A stretch of DNA of 64,000 nt from Candidatus Thorarchaeota archaeon. Lineage in GTDB: Archaea > Asgardarchaeota > Thorarchaeia > Thorarchaeales > Thorarchaeaceae. The notes beneath the pieces are model-generated. The model had not been told where the DNA came from, did not search any database, and saw nothing but the letters and a program-made list of their open reading frames with translations. The stretch spans positions 64,001 through 128,000 of the forward strand of contig JAWOEX010000032.1 in the NCBI GenBank assembly GCA_046482545.1, read 5' to 3'. The first letter of the stretch is position 1. Each line of letters begins with the position of its first letter. A program made the position numbers and the translations under genes. This document shows positions 1-9,362 of this stretch, in pieces.

Positions 1-1160
1 GGTATGAGGGCCGCTACTATCAGAAATGGTGTAAACTCGATGAACATCTCGCCCCCAACAAAAACGGGAAGAATAATCCAGATGACAAACCTGATAGGAC
101 CAAGTAGATACTGTGTAACTACTCTTGCCTCTCTTCTTATAGATGCCCAGTTTCGCCATATTGAAACCGAAACGGTCTGGTTGAAATTAAATCCAGGAAT
201 CGGGTTCGGATCCCATGGCTCGTGCTCTATTTCGGTTTCATCCTTAGTTGTTCTTTCCGTAGGTTGTGCTAACCAACCACTGTAATGTGCCATTTCACTG
301 GCGTAGGAATTGACATAGACTAGACTGATTCCGATTAGGGCCATCATAAATGCGTACAGGACGTCGGCAATCTGGAACTGTGCGCCAAACAGGAGGCCAA
401 GAGAAAGTTTGCTCGCTATGTATCCCGGCGTGATATCTGAAGACAGTCCGAGACGTCCGGCCCATTCTAGGATAGTATCAAAGAATGCAAATCCGTTGCT
501 TCTTCTTAGATAGAAACTTGCATACCAGAGTGTGCTTCCTACTATCGCGACTGCACTCACGATAGCAGTACCTACTTGTCTCAGCAAGCGGCGTCCGGCC
601 ACAAGTCGTGCCGCGCCAAGTCCAATCAATCCGCCAGCAGATACGCCCATGATAATTAGGATTAACAATGATACCACGAAGACAGGTACTGCTAGGGGCG
701 CCAAGAGTTGGGGGGAGACTATGCTGAAACCGATGAAAATCGGTGTACCGATAACAAGCCAAAAAATGGAATTGTACAGAACAATAACCAGCGTTTTTTC
801 CAGAAAAATTGTTCTCAGCTGGACAGGAAATACCATTAGATATTCCATTCTCTTGCTATTGCCTACTGTACTCACAGAAACCATGATGGAACCGATAAAG
901 GAAAATAACAACACCGCATTGAAGATGGTAGCAGCGAAGCCGAGATTCTGACTGGCAATCTCCGAGATCTGAGGCCATATTGGGGGCACTAGAGTCACAA
1001 TAATCCAAATGATGAATGCCCCAACCCCCCCAGCCAAAAGAATCGGCCAAGTCCTTTTCAAGATATTTTCTTTTTCTGTTCGTTTTCCTTCGGGTGCCCT
1101 GATACGAAGAGCCTTTCCTATATCATGCCGAAGTATGATGAGTAGGTCTGAGAGGTCCAC
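1..1160 (-). CDS. ABC transporter permease, multi-TM (runs off the left window edge)
   Basis: Not in the ORF track. Read manually from GTG at 1160, 2 nt after the ATPase stop: MDLSDLLIILRHDIGKALRIRAPEGKRTEKENILKRTWPILLAGGVGAFIIWIIV..., hydrophobic as far as translated, directly downstream of an ABC ATPase. Confidence 0.8.
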   Translation of the reverse strand, partial: MDLSDLLIILRHDIGKALRIRAPEGKRTEKENILKRTWPILLAGGVGAFIIWIIVTLVPPIWPQISEIASQNLGFAATIFNAVLLFSFIGSIMVSVSTVGNSKRMEYLMVFPVQLRTIFLEKTLVIVLYNSIFWLVIGTPIFIGFSIVSPQLLAPLAVPVFVVSLLILIIMGVSAGGLIGLGAARLVAGRRLLRQVGTAIVSAVAIVGSTLWYASFYLRRSNGFAFFDTILEWAGRLGLSSDITPGYIASKLSLGLLFGAQFQIADVLYAFMMALIGISLVYVNSYASEMAHYSGWLAQPTERTTKDETEIEHEPWDPNPIPGFNFNQTVSVSIWRNWASIRREARVVTQYLLGPIRFVIWIILPVFVGGEMFIEFTPFLIVAALI

Positions 1161-1162
1161 AC

Positions 1163-1942
1163 CTACTCCCCCGTGTCTTCTGAGTTTTGCAGGTACTGCA
1201 AAATCAATTGCATGTCAGGTCCGCCTGTGAGGTCGAGGAAGATCTCCTCAAGACTCTCTTCACCTTCAGCTTTCTGACGGAGCTTATCCATCGTACCTTC
1301 GGCAATGAGCTTCCCCTCATCAATAATGCCTATCCTATCACACATCTGCTCTGCAATTTCGAGAATATGTGTACTCATCAGAATCGAGGCCCCTCGTTCT
1401 TTCAAACCATTCAGAATCTCTTTAATAGTTGCGGCTCCCCTAGGGTCAATTCCCGCCTGCACTTCATCGAGAATGAGTACTTTGGGACGGTGTATTAGTG
1501 CGGCAACGAGACTAATCTTCCTTGCCATCCCTTTCGAATACGCTTCGATTAGGTCATTGCTTGCATCTTGAATATCAAGAAGAACGAGTAGGTCTTCAAT
1601 ATCCTCTTCTCTTTCAGGACCGCGGGGCATCCTCCATATGTCCGCCACATAATTTGTATATTCCCATCCGGTCATCCGTTCAGGTAGCACCGGATCTTCG
1701 GGTACATACCCCATCACCTTTTTCGCCTTAACTAGGTCTTTTCGAATATCGTGACCGTTGATGAGGGCGGTACCATTGTCTGGCCTTAGGAGGCCTAGAA
1801 GCATCCGCATGGTTGTTGACTTGCCAGAACCATTTGGACCTAGCAGACCGTATACAGCGCCTGATGCAACTTCAAAGGATAGATTATCCACCGCCTTGAA
1901 ATCCTCACCGAAGACCTTCGTCAAACCCTTAGATTGAATCAT
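1163..1942 (-). CDS. ABC-2 type exporter ATP-binding protein
   Basis: Walker A GPNGSGKST, signature YSKGM, Walker B LILDE, H-loop STH. Confidence 0.95.
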   Translation of the reverse strand: MIQSKGLTKVFGEDFKAVDNLSFEVASGAVYGLLGPNGSGKSTTMRMLLGLLRPDNGTALINGHDIRKDLVKAKKVMGYVPEDPVLPERMTGWEYTNYVADIWRMPRGPEREEDIEDLLVLLDIQDASNDLIEAYSKGMARKISLVAALIHRPKVLILDEVQAGIDPRGAATIKEILNGLKERGASILMSTHILEIAEQMCDRIGIIDEGKLIAEGTMDKLRQKAEGEESLEEIFLDLTGGPDMQLILQYLQNSEDTGE

Positions 1943-2039
1943 GGCGAGTCAGCTCTCTCACTTTTCCAATATGATTTATGCCTTGGCATCGTTGTCTAGT
2001 CCAAAGCTATTATTAGGTTGAGCATACCCCATAGTCGTT

Positions 2040-3134
2040 ATGACCGTTGAAACTTGGCGCCTGTTGGATCTAGGTGCAATAGACCCCCTTGAGACACAGA
2101 TTATTTACGACATGATAGCACAAGGCATCACTGAAGGCAAGTCCCCGAATACTATCATCATATGCTGGCCTGCTGAACCGCTTGTCAGTGTTGGATACTT
2201 CCAGGAAATTGAGAAGGATATTGACCTAGCATATTGCCAAACTAATGATATCGTTGTCACCCGCCGTGTCATTGGCGGTGGGGGGGTGTATCTGGATGAT
2301 GGACAGTTGTTCTATCAGATAATAGGCAGAATCGATAGCCCAACCACTCCCAGAGGAATTGATGCGTACTATCGCAAGTTCCTAGAAGCTCCAGTTCAAG
2401 CATACAGGAATCTAGGTATGGATGCTGAGTTCCGACCCGTTAATGATATCCAAGTAGCCGAGAAGAAGGTTTCTGGGAATGGTGCTGGTGATGTTGGTGA
2501 TGCACGCATTCTTACTGGCAATCTGATTTTGGACTTTGACTTCGAGATGATGGCTCGAGTATTGAAAGTACCCAGCGAAAAATTCAGAGACAAGGTTTTC
2601 CAGAGCCTCAAAGAACGCATGTCGACGATCAAGCTGGAAACTGGTTCCATGCCCGATAAAGAGGACTTGAAGAAGGACTTGGTGAAGCTCTATGAAGAAA
2701 CGCTTGACATCAAGCTAGAGCCTGGTAACCTAAGCGAGTGGGAAAAGAAGAAGATGAGTGACTTGCGAGGAAAATACCTTTCTGACGAGTGGTTACACTG
2801 GCGGAGTGGGGGAAGGCTCGATGTACGAACGGTGAAAATATCCGCAAATGCTTCGATTGGTACTGCAAATCACAAGGCACCTGGAGGGCTCATCAGAGTA
2901 ACTGCAAAGGAAGTTGATGATATAATCGATGAGATTGTAATCAGTGGCGACTTCTTTATGCTGCCTTCTGGTGCGATTGATGATTTGGAAAAGGCTCTTG
3001 TAGGGACCAAACTTGATGAACAGTCAGTACTCGAACGCATAGAAAAGGCATACTCTGAGCTTGATATTGACTCCCCAGGTGTGAAACCTGAAGATCTACA
3101 GAAGGCTGTTATGCTAACATTTGAGCAGAAGTAA
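2040..3134 (+). CDS. lplA: Lipoate-protein ligase A family, catalytic domain plus C-terminal domain
   Basis: RRVIGGGGVYLD, RPVNDI, KKVSGNG motifs; C-terminal HKAPGGLIRV...ISGDFF domain. Confidence 0.9.
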   Translation: MTVETWRLLDLGAIDPLETQIIYDMIAQGITEGKSPNTIIICWPAEPLVSVGYFQEIEKDIDLAYCQTNDIVVTRRVIGGGGVYLDDGQLFYQIIGRIDSPTTPRGIDAYYRKFLEAPVQAYRNLGMDAEFRPVNDIQVAEKKVSGNGAGDVGDARILTGNLILDFDFEMMARVLKVPSEKFRDKVFQSLKERMSTIKLETGSMPDKEDLKKDLVKLYEETLDIKLEPGNLSEWEKKKMSDLRGKYLSDEWLHWRSGGRLDVRTVKISANASIGTANHKAPGGLIRVTAKEVDDIIDEIVISGDFFMLPSGAIDDLEKALVGTKLDEQSVLERIEKAYSELDIDSPGVKPEDLQKAVMLTFEQK

Positions 3135-3180
3135 AGGCGCAATCGATTTGCTCTTCAACTTCTGTTCGTATGTGGATTGC

Positions 3181-3999
3181 CTAACGAACTACAACATCCG
3201 TCGCTTCAATATCCTCTCCCTTGAGCAGAGCTTCAAGATTGCCATACTCCATCATTGAGAAGAGGGATACTTCCGACCCCGCTTCAACGAGATCTTTGGC
3301 CGGCACAATCGAATTCAATTTGCCTTTCATAGCTCCACTGGCATCAACGACATCTGATTTTCCCATCTCCTCTAAGACTGAATCAATCTGATTCAGGTTC
3401 ACTTCCTTCATGAGGGATGCATCTGGGTGAGTTTTGGGATCTGTATCGTATACGCCGGACACATCACATGCAAACAAGAGCCGCTTTGCTCCAAGCTCCC
3501 GGGCAATAACCACGGCCATCTGATCGCCGCTTCCTACACTCCATCCCATTGCAGGGTCGATGATGATATCCCCACCTAAGAGAGGAACCATTGCGATATC
3601 CACCCATCCCTTGAGCGGCTCGAAGAAGTATCTCACTATCTGCATTTCTTCTTGGATAAGCATAGATGACGGGTACATCAAGCATATAGGCACTCCGACT
3701 TCTTGAAACTGCTTCACAATGATGTTCCTCAGCTCAGCTACTTCCGACTGGGTTCTAGAAAGTGGGAGGAGCTGCTCTGACCCCAGGTATCCTTTGTGGA
3801 GCTTATGTTTCAGAACCGGTGGATGGCCATAAGACCCAACTCCGTGTATGAGAATCAAGCCCTGAATCAACCCCTCGTCGAGGCATTCTTTCACTTCTTG
3901 AGATACCCTCTGTAGAACTTCGTGCCGTACGGTATATGGTTGTGATTTGTCAGTTATGAGGGACCCGCCAAGTTTGAGGATAGTAAGTTCTTCTTCCAT
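3181..3999 (-). CDS. ipk: Isopentenyl phosphate kinase (amino-acid kinase fold)
   Basis: ILKLGGSLITDK, IHGVGSYGH (IPK histidine), GSGD, DVSGVY, DASGAMKGK. Confidence 0.88.
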   Translation of the reverse strand: MEEELTILKLGGSLITDKSQPYTVRHEVLQRVSQEVKECLDEGLIQGLILIHGVGSYGHPPVLKHKLHKGYLGSEQLLPLSRTQSEVAELRNIIVKQFQEVGVPICLMYPSSMLIQEEMQIVRYFFEPLKGWVDIAMVPLLGGDIIIDPAMGWSVGSGDQMAVVIARELGAKRLLFACDVSGVYDTDPKTHPDASLMKEVNLNQIDSVLEEMGKSDVVDASGAMKGKLNSIVPAKDLVEAGSEVSLFSMMEYGNLEALLKGEDIEATDVVVR

Positions 4000-4687
4000 T
4001 CTACCACATCACATCAGAAACATTCCAGATGGCCGCAGTTTTGTTCTCGCAGCCGGTAGCGCTTCTGGTTTTGTCAATGATCTACACCACCATGCCATTT
4101 GAATGTAGCAAGCTTGGTGACATGCCTACTCGTATCAACATCCTGCTTACGTAGACTTCTCATGGGTGTCCACTAGAAACATATCATTTTATTGTATAAA
4201 AAACGTTCTATCCATATTTTTGTTGAAGGGACTGAGGTGTTAATTCGGATGATGAAATGTTCAACCGGCGACTCGTGTTCTTGGATACTATTCTTGTTTG
4301 CGGCGTTATCTGCAAACAAGCCGTGAACCTCGAAAAGCGGGACCATGGTTCCCCTTCCTGCCGGAAAACCCACAGATGACCGGCTGGATTGATTAGGAAG
4401 TACTCCGACCACTTGCACGGCTTATTGCTTCTTGTTCTGCGGGGAAGTATGTAATGCAACAGTCAGTGGTCTCACTTTTGTCAATATTTGCCCTTGAATA
4501 ATTTCATAGTCAAATGCTAGAACCACTATTGAGCTTACCTAAATGTAGAGGGAATAATTGAGCATTGGAATGGAAGAAACCGCTTGTATGATTGGTCGTG
4601 ATTCTCAGTATGATTCTGAATATTAATGCAAGAACCGACACAAAATCTATTACGATACAGACCCTCTGATTCCCGGGAGGACGAGGA

Positions 4688-5152
4688 ATGGCGGACAACG
4701 AAAACGACGAACCGGACGTTTCTCCGAAGATGCTAAGCTGGATAATGGTGGCAATCTCTCTACTTGCACCAATGGCGTTCAGCTTCGGTTTCTATCCCGA
4801 GATACATTTTCAAATTGAAGCATGTCTATGGGTTCTTCATGTTGAAGGAAATACAATCTATGGACCTTTCTTTGCTCTTCTACCCTCTCTTGATAGATTG
4901 TTCATAATTTCTCTACGGATACTCTATGTGTATATGTTCTATCTTTACTATCAAAACAAGGTCTCAAGGAGAACTGCGCTAATAACAGGGATTCTCGTTG
5001 AAATGCTCCCATTTGCAGTAGTTCTGTATTTTGCAGGAAGTATTCCCCCTCTTGCCCCTGTGCCACTGTTACTTCTAAGCGGTATCTTACTAATGTATGG
5101 GCTTCCTGCCAAAGACATTCACTCTCCATGGGACAATGAATCCCCTATGTAA
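4688..5152 (+). CDS. Hypothetical multi-TM membrane protein, paralogue of the C-terminal half of 34817-35836
   Basis: About 4 hydrophobic segments. Shares the YY..K..R...L..GIL and P.P....G......LP......WD patterns with the 34817 protein. Confidence 0.75.
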   Translation: MADNENDEPDVSPKMLSWIMVAISLLAPMAFSFGFYPEIHFQIEACLWVLHVEGNTIYGPFFALLPSLDRLFIISLRILYVYMFYLYYQNKVSRRTALITGILVEMLPFAVVLYFAGSIPPLAPVPLLLLSGILLMYGLPAKDIHSPWDNESPM

Positions 5153-5264
5153 TTTGCTAACCCAATTTCATGCAGATGCAGAGAACTTGCAGGATTACCA
5201 TTTCTCTAGTCGTATTATCAGCTGCGTTTGGTTAGAAAGAGAACTGTTTTAGTACTAGAAGGGC

Positions 5265-5822
5265 TTATCTTCTCTTGACCGCTACGAGGAGGACTACTGG
5301 TGCCATAACTAGCAGTGATACCCCCAGAAGCAGCGGAGTGATCCGAATAATGGTTTCAAGGGGCGAATGTTCGACCGCAGAACCTGTCTGTGTTATAGTC
5401 ATGTTGACTGACACCTCATCAATGACTCCCATGTTCGTGATATTGAGGATATAATCCTCGTAAAGTGGCGTAAAGGTGGTGTTGACGCAGGGGGCATCTC
5501 CCCGATACAGAATGTGTCTACCCTTGCCGTCTTTGGTTATCTCAATCTTCACAACAACATCAGAAGTATCCAGTGCTTTAGGACGAACGTTTGCGGTTAT
5601 TCTATGTGGTGCATTCTTGACCAGCACGAGATTGCGGCGGTAGCTTTCCCGTGCTGCTAAGGAAATATCTACTGCATGGAAAACAGAAATCTCTTCTCCA
5701 AGAACCGCCGTCAATTGCAGAGAGTGAAGGGAAAAAAGGAGAAAAACAAGCACTCCTCCCCTTAGTAGAGGTAAAGATGTTTTCTCCTTTTCGCAGTCTC
5801 TATTCAGTTCCAATACATCCAT
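5265..5822 (-). CDS. Hypothetical surface protein (signal/TM, beta-rich domain, C-terminal TM anchor), paralogue of the N-terminal half of 34817-35836
   Basis: Hydrophobic N- and C-terminal segments, NxT sequons. Shares APHRI, TP...Y.L.I.N.G..D and N.TI.QTG with the 34817 protein. Start uncertain. Confidence 0.75.
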   Translation of the reverse strand: MDVLELNRDCEKEKTSLPLLRGGVLVFLLFSLHSLQLTAVLGEEISVFHAVDISLAARESYRRNLVLVKNAPHRITANVRPKALDTSDVVVKIEITKDGKGRHILYRGDAPCVNTTFTPLYEDYILNITNMGVIDEVSVNMTITQTGSAVEHSPLETIIRITPLLLGVSLLVMAPVVLLVAVKRR

Positions 5823-6298
5823 AATTCAGGCTCGCGGCCGAAGATCCATCCATCACACTTAAAGTCCAAGGAGCTGGTGTCTATAAACTTCACTTGCAGT
5901 ACTGAGGATGTTGCGTCTGCAACTGTAATCTTCATATCTCCCAACCACCAATCACAATTACATATCCATATCCACTCACCTGAACTCCCCCATCCGTAGT
6001 AGACCTGCAATGTCTCCGGTCCAAGTGCCGTATAGCTATCATAATCTATTCGTATCTTGTATGTATGCGCGGATTGATCCACGTTCTCTATTATGAAAAT
6101 GATGACCATATCGTACATCCCCTGTGTACCTCCTTCGATGGCCTTGTTTTTATCTTCATCCCAAGTTCCCGGGTTGTCGTCGAAATCATCGTACCGTTCC
6201 ACACCAATCTCGCTCCAAGCTCTAACTGACACGATTAACAATAGTGAAACGGTCATGACTAAAAGTGCAAATGAAAATATTTTATATTTCGATTTCAT
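5804..6298 (-). CDS. Hypothetical secreted, acidic Trp-rich protein
   Basis: Likely start MKSKYK at 6298. Signal peptide ending SVRA; mature part rich in D/W/Y; overlaps the next ORF. Confidence 0.75.
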   Translation of the reverse strand: MKSKYKIFSFALLVMTVSLLLIVSVRAWSEIGVERYDDFDDNPGTWDEDKNKAIEGGTQGMYDMVIIFIIENVDQSAHTYKIRIDYDSYTALGPETLQVYYGWGSSGEWIWICNCDWWLGDMKITVADATSSVLQVKFIDTSSLDFKCDGWIFGREPELWMYWN

Positions 6299-6384
6299 TA
6301 TCCCACACCTTTCCACTCGTGAATAGGTAACTGTTCGTATAATCATATGGAGATTTCTTTATTAATATTATGCAAATATTGACC

Positions 6385-6865
6385 GCGTGTAAAAAAGTAC
6401 CCGCGGTCACACTCCAAGAAATTGAGCTGCTTGATATTGTACAACCCACTTTGAGCAGTAGCTCTCCCCGTCGTTCCCTATAGCCTCTCGAACTCAGACT
6501 CCCTCCGAATCCCGCTTTCAGCATGCTGAACACGGTTTCCGCCAGACTCCGTCGCCCGTACTGGTGTATCTCTTTCCATTCTTCAGCTCCCTCCTGATAT
6601 TCGTGAACCAGCTGTCGGTAGGCAGGGCGTCCCTCGTGATCTGGGTACCGCGTTCTCCTTCGGCTCGGTGGCCGGGTACGCACCAACATCACTGATGAAC
6701 TGGACATTCTTCCGTGAGATGTAACCCTTGTCACCATACACGACCTCAAGGTGCGTAGGATTGACCCTGCGGACCAGCGCCACTAGGTGTTGCGCATCAC
6801 CACCTGGACTCGCCCGGACGCGGGAGGCAGTGATCATCAGACTATCGCTGTCGCCGGAGTGATGG
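6385..6865 (-). mobile_element. IS5-family DDE transposase remnant (frameshifted, N-terminally truncated)
   Basis: Two overlapping frames give DSLMITASRV...GGDAQHL...VYGDKGY...EPKENA and PAYRQLV...YGRRSLAETVFSMLK..FG (IS5-type Y.RR...E..F...K signature). Visibly GC-richer than the flanks. Confidence 0.85.
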
Positions 6866-6919
6866 ACCGGAGCACGACAGGAGACAGAATCCAGGACCGC
6901 GGGAGGAATCCTGTTCCAG

Positions 6920-7048
6920 TGAACGCGGACAAAGCCCTTGCTGACCCACGGGCCTACGGGTACCGTGGGGGCGGCGACGCTGGCAGGGGAAGGGTGGAAC
7001 ACAGGAGTTTCCTCAGTTGGGTTCACTCACTCAACTGTAAGAAACAGG
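6920..7048 (+). repeat. IS-end-like sequence, copy 1 (homologous to 46708-46830 on the minus strand)
   Basis: ACTCAACTGTAAGAAAC at 7029-7045 is identical to the reverse complement of 46711-46727. Similarity (GCTGGCAGGGG etc.) extends about 100 bp inward. Confidence 0.7.
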
Positions 7049-7268
7049 TTATCTGGACTCAAGTACCCTTTGTGGAGATTGCTTTAAACCGGCGGATGAC
7101 CTAGGCGTCGGCTCCATAAATCAGAATTAAGCACTGAATCGACCCCTCGTCTAGTCATTACTTCACTTCCATGGAAACGCCCTCTAGAATCTCGTTGCGT
7201 ACGGTTTGAGCTCTTGATTTATCGGTTTTGAGGGACCCGCCAAGTTTGAGGATGAGTCCCTGCTCCAT
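7048..7268 (-). pseudogene. ipk: Decayed 5' fragment of a second isopentenyl phosphate kinase copy
   Basis: Manual translation from ATG 7268: MEQGLILKLGGSLKTDKSRAQTVRNEILEGVSMEVK**LDEGSIQCLILIYGADA, then after frameshifts GHPPV and LHKGYLSPDNL. Collinear with the first ~75 aa of 3181-3999. DNA GAGGGACCCGCCAAGTTTGAGGAT is shared by both copies. Confidence 0.9.
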
Positions 7269-7286
7269 CTTAAAGTACTGCTGAGA

Positions 7287-8090
7287 TTAGAACAGCGTAG
7301 TCATTGGATATGGCCAGTAAAACCCGAGATATGGTAGGAGCAGGACCATGATTATCGTTGCTATCGGTATGGAGAGGTTATCATAGCCCGAGGGAGTTAT
7401 TGCTTCCACAATAGTTGCTACGATGCTTACGACGACAATCGGAATAATCAAATCAATAACTGAGAATGCAGTTACTTCCAGAGAGAATATGGCAACGAGA
7501 AAGATACTGAAGAGAAATGAGCCAATGAACATTCCAATGGAACCGACGACCGTCTTCTCTGCACCGCCAAATCCAAATTTCTTGGCACCTCCGTATTTCC
7601 TTCCTATGACATCTGCCAGACCATCACCGCCTGCCAGACAACCAAAAACGACGAGTGCCATAGGTGTTGCACCGGCCAGGTTTCCACCAGCGGGTACATA
7701 GAACCACAGAATGCCCACAATCAGCATGATGAAGGCATAGTACAACGTACCTTCCAAGAGCTCTCTTGGATCTCCACTTCGCGACATTGAGCCGACAAAA
7801 TCTTCATTCTTCATGGCACCTGTTCCAATAGCTGCAAAGAGAAGCACAAAGAGCAAAGGCACAACCATAGCGAGCCAGCGACTGAATAGACCACCTGAAA
7901 ACAGTAACCAGCTGACCACCCACACGGGTGCTGCAAACGTGTGGATCGTCTTTCGAGTGACTGTAGCTGATAGTGCACCGCTCTTCTCAATTGCTGCGTT
8001 TATCTGAACTAACATCAACACCAAGATAAACGAAATGAAGAAGGCGACAATGTCCCATATTACACCGAGATTTAGGGGGTCAAATACCAT
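7287..8090 (-). CDS. CTP-dependent polyprenol kinase family membrane protein (phytol/farnesol/dolichol kinase-like)
   Basis: RKTIH, GTLYY, GDGLADVIGRKYG, KTVVGS and DNLSIP motifs of the CTP_transf_1/VTE5-like family; multi-TM. Confidence 0.85.
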   Translation of the reverse strand: MVFDPLNLGVIWDIVAFFISFILVLMLVQINAAIEKSGALSATVTRKTIHTFAAPVWVVSWLLFSGGLFSRWLAMVVPLLFVLLFAAIGTGAMKNEDFVGSMSRSGDPRELLEGTLYYAFIMLIVGILWFYVPAGGNLAGATPMALVVFGCLAGGDGLADVIGRKYGGAKKFGFGGAEKTVVGSIGMFIGSFLFSIFLVAIFSLEVTAFSVIDLIIPIVVVSIVATIVEAITPSGYDNLSIPIATIIMVLLLPYLGFYWPYPMTTLF

Positions 8091-8263
8091 CTCTTTTCCT
8101 CCGAAAACGGATTATATCAAAAGGAGAACCTACTATGGCCTAAAAATCTATTGAGTAGACGATTTCGAATACGTCATTTGTCGATGTTGACTCTGATGGT
8201 TTGTAGACCTCTGTGACACAAGCTTGAAGAACTTGGATTGCGCCGATATGGTAGGCGGTATAC

Positions 8264-9352
8264 TTGTCAGAACCAATGGATTCATTCGAAATCATTGCTC
8301 CAGGTAGAGTTTGCCTATTTGGTGAGCATAGTGACTATCTGGGTCTTCCTGTCATACCGGCGGCTATTGACCTATGCATTATGATGAGAGGGAATCCTAC
8401 ATCCGACAATCGTATATCCGTGCACTACCTTGACACAGAGGAATACGACGAGTTTGAAGTCACAGAACCGATTCGTTATCGTCATAATAGGGACTACTTG
8501 CGTAGCGCGTTCAATGTGATGGCAAGTAATGGGATCCGTCCTAAGACGGGGGCCGAAGTGGAGATTACAGGACAAATTCCCATAGCCGCAGGTCTTAGTA
8601 GTTCCTCTGCTCTGACTGTTGCGTCAATACTGCTTGTTGCTCATCTGAGTGGAACTCAGCTCGATGAATCTGAGTTGGCTAGGCTAGCCTACGAAGCAGA
8701 AGTGGTCGAATTCGGTGAAAGTGGTGGTATGCAAGACCATCTAGCGTCATCCTACGGTGGGATTATCCATCTCCGATTTACTGACGGGTCTCCAAATGTG
8801 ATTAGGTTGCCAGTCACTCTTGACGGCATAGTAATCGGAGACTCTTTAGAGAGTAAAGATGATACAGTTGGTGATTTGGCGTTTATCCGAGAAACCGTAG
8901 AACGTGGGTATGAATCATTATCACTTGTTATTGATGACTTCAATCCCCGAGATACCCCCCTCGAGAAGGTATCACAGCCCGTGGAAGAGCTTGAAGAACC
9001 AATGAGGACAATGACGAAGACAACCCTGCTCAACAGGGATTTAACGCGGAGGGCTTTGAAGCTACTTAATGCTGAATCTTTTGACTATGACAGAATCGGT
9101 CAACTACTAAACGAACATCATCGATTGCTGCGGGATGGTTTGAATAGGTCAACAGAAAAAATAGAAGCAATGATTTCCGCAGCACGTCAAGCTGGAGCCC
9201 TCGGATGCAAAATCAATGGCTCAGGAGGTGGGGGAACTATGATGGCCCTTGCACCGAACAAAGAGAAGGAGGCCGCAGCAGCTATTCGACAGGTCGGCGG
9301 GAAGCCCTATCGAATCGAAATCCACCGCGGTGCACATGTGACGAGTTATTGA
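8264..9352 (+). CDS. GHMP kinase (galactokinase-like)
   Basis: APGRVCLFGEHSDY, PIAAGLSSSSA, GGMQD, KINGSGGGG. Confidence 0.88.
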   Translation: MSEPMDSFEIIAPGRVCLFGEHSDYLGLPVIPAAIDLCIMMRGNPTSDNRISVHYLDTEEYDEFEVTEPIRYRHNRDYLRSAFNVMASNGIRPKTGAEVEITGQIPIAAGLSSSSALTVASILLVAHLSGTQLDESELARLAYEAEVVEFGESGGMQDHLASSYGGIIHLRFTDGSPNVIRLPVTLDGIVIGDSLESKDDTVGDLAFIRETVERGYESLSLVIDDFNPRDTPLEKVSQPVEELEEPMRTMTKTTLLNRDLTRRALKLLNAESFDYDRIGQLLNEHHRLLRDGLNRSTEKIEAMISAARQAGALGCKINGSGGGGTMMALAPNKEKEAAAAIRQVGGKPYRIEIHRGAHVTSY

Positions 9353-9362
9353 GACACGACAG

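Noticed and set aside
4000-4687. Short ORFs 4173-4418, 4208-4459 and 4510-4698, or a remnant of the prenol kinase 3' end upstream of ipk
   Set aside because: No recognisable motifs and no convincing similarity to 7287-8090.
6381-6400. Complete IS5 element with paired TIRs and target-site duplication
   Set aside because: No inverted counterpart of the 6381-6400 sequence was found and the transposase 5' half is missing.
6787-7104. 105-aa plus-strand ORF as a real gene
   Set aside because: It spans the antisense IS5 relic, the IS-like end and the ipk pseudogene, so it is a chance read-through across a composite scar.
8264-9352. Mevalonate kinase call based on proximity to ipk
   Set aside because: GEHSDY and GGMQD are galactokinase-type motifs; the substrate cannot be assigned from sequence.
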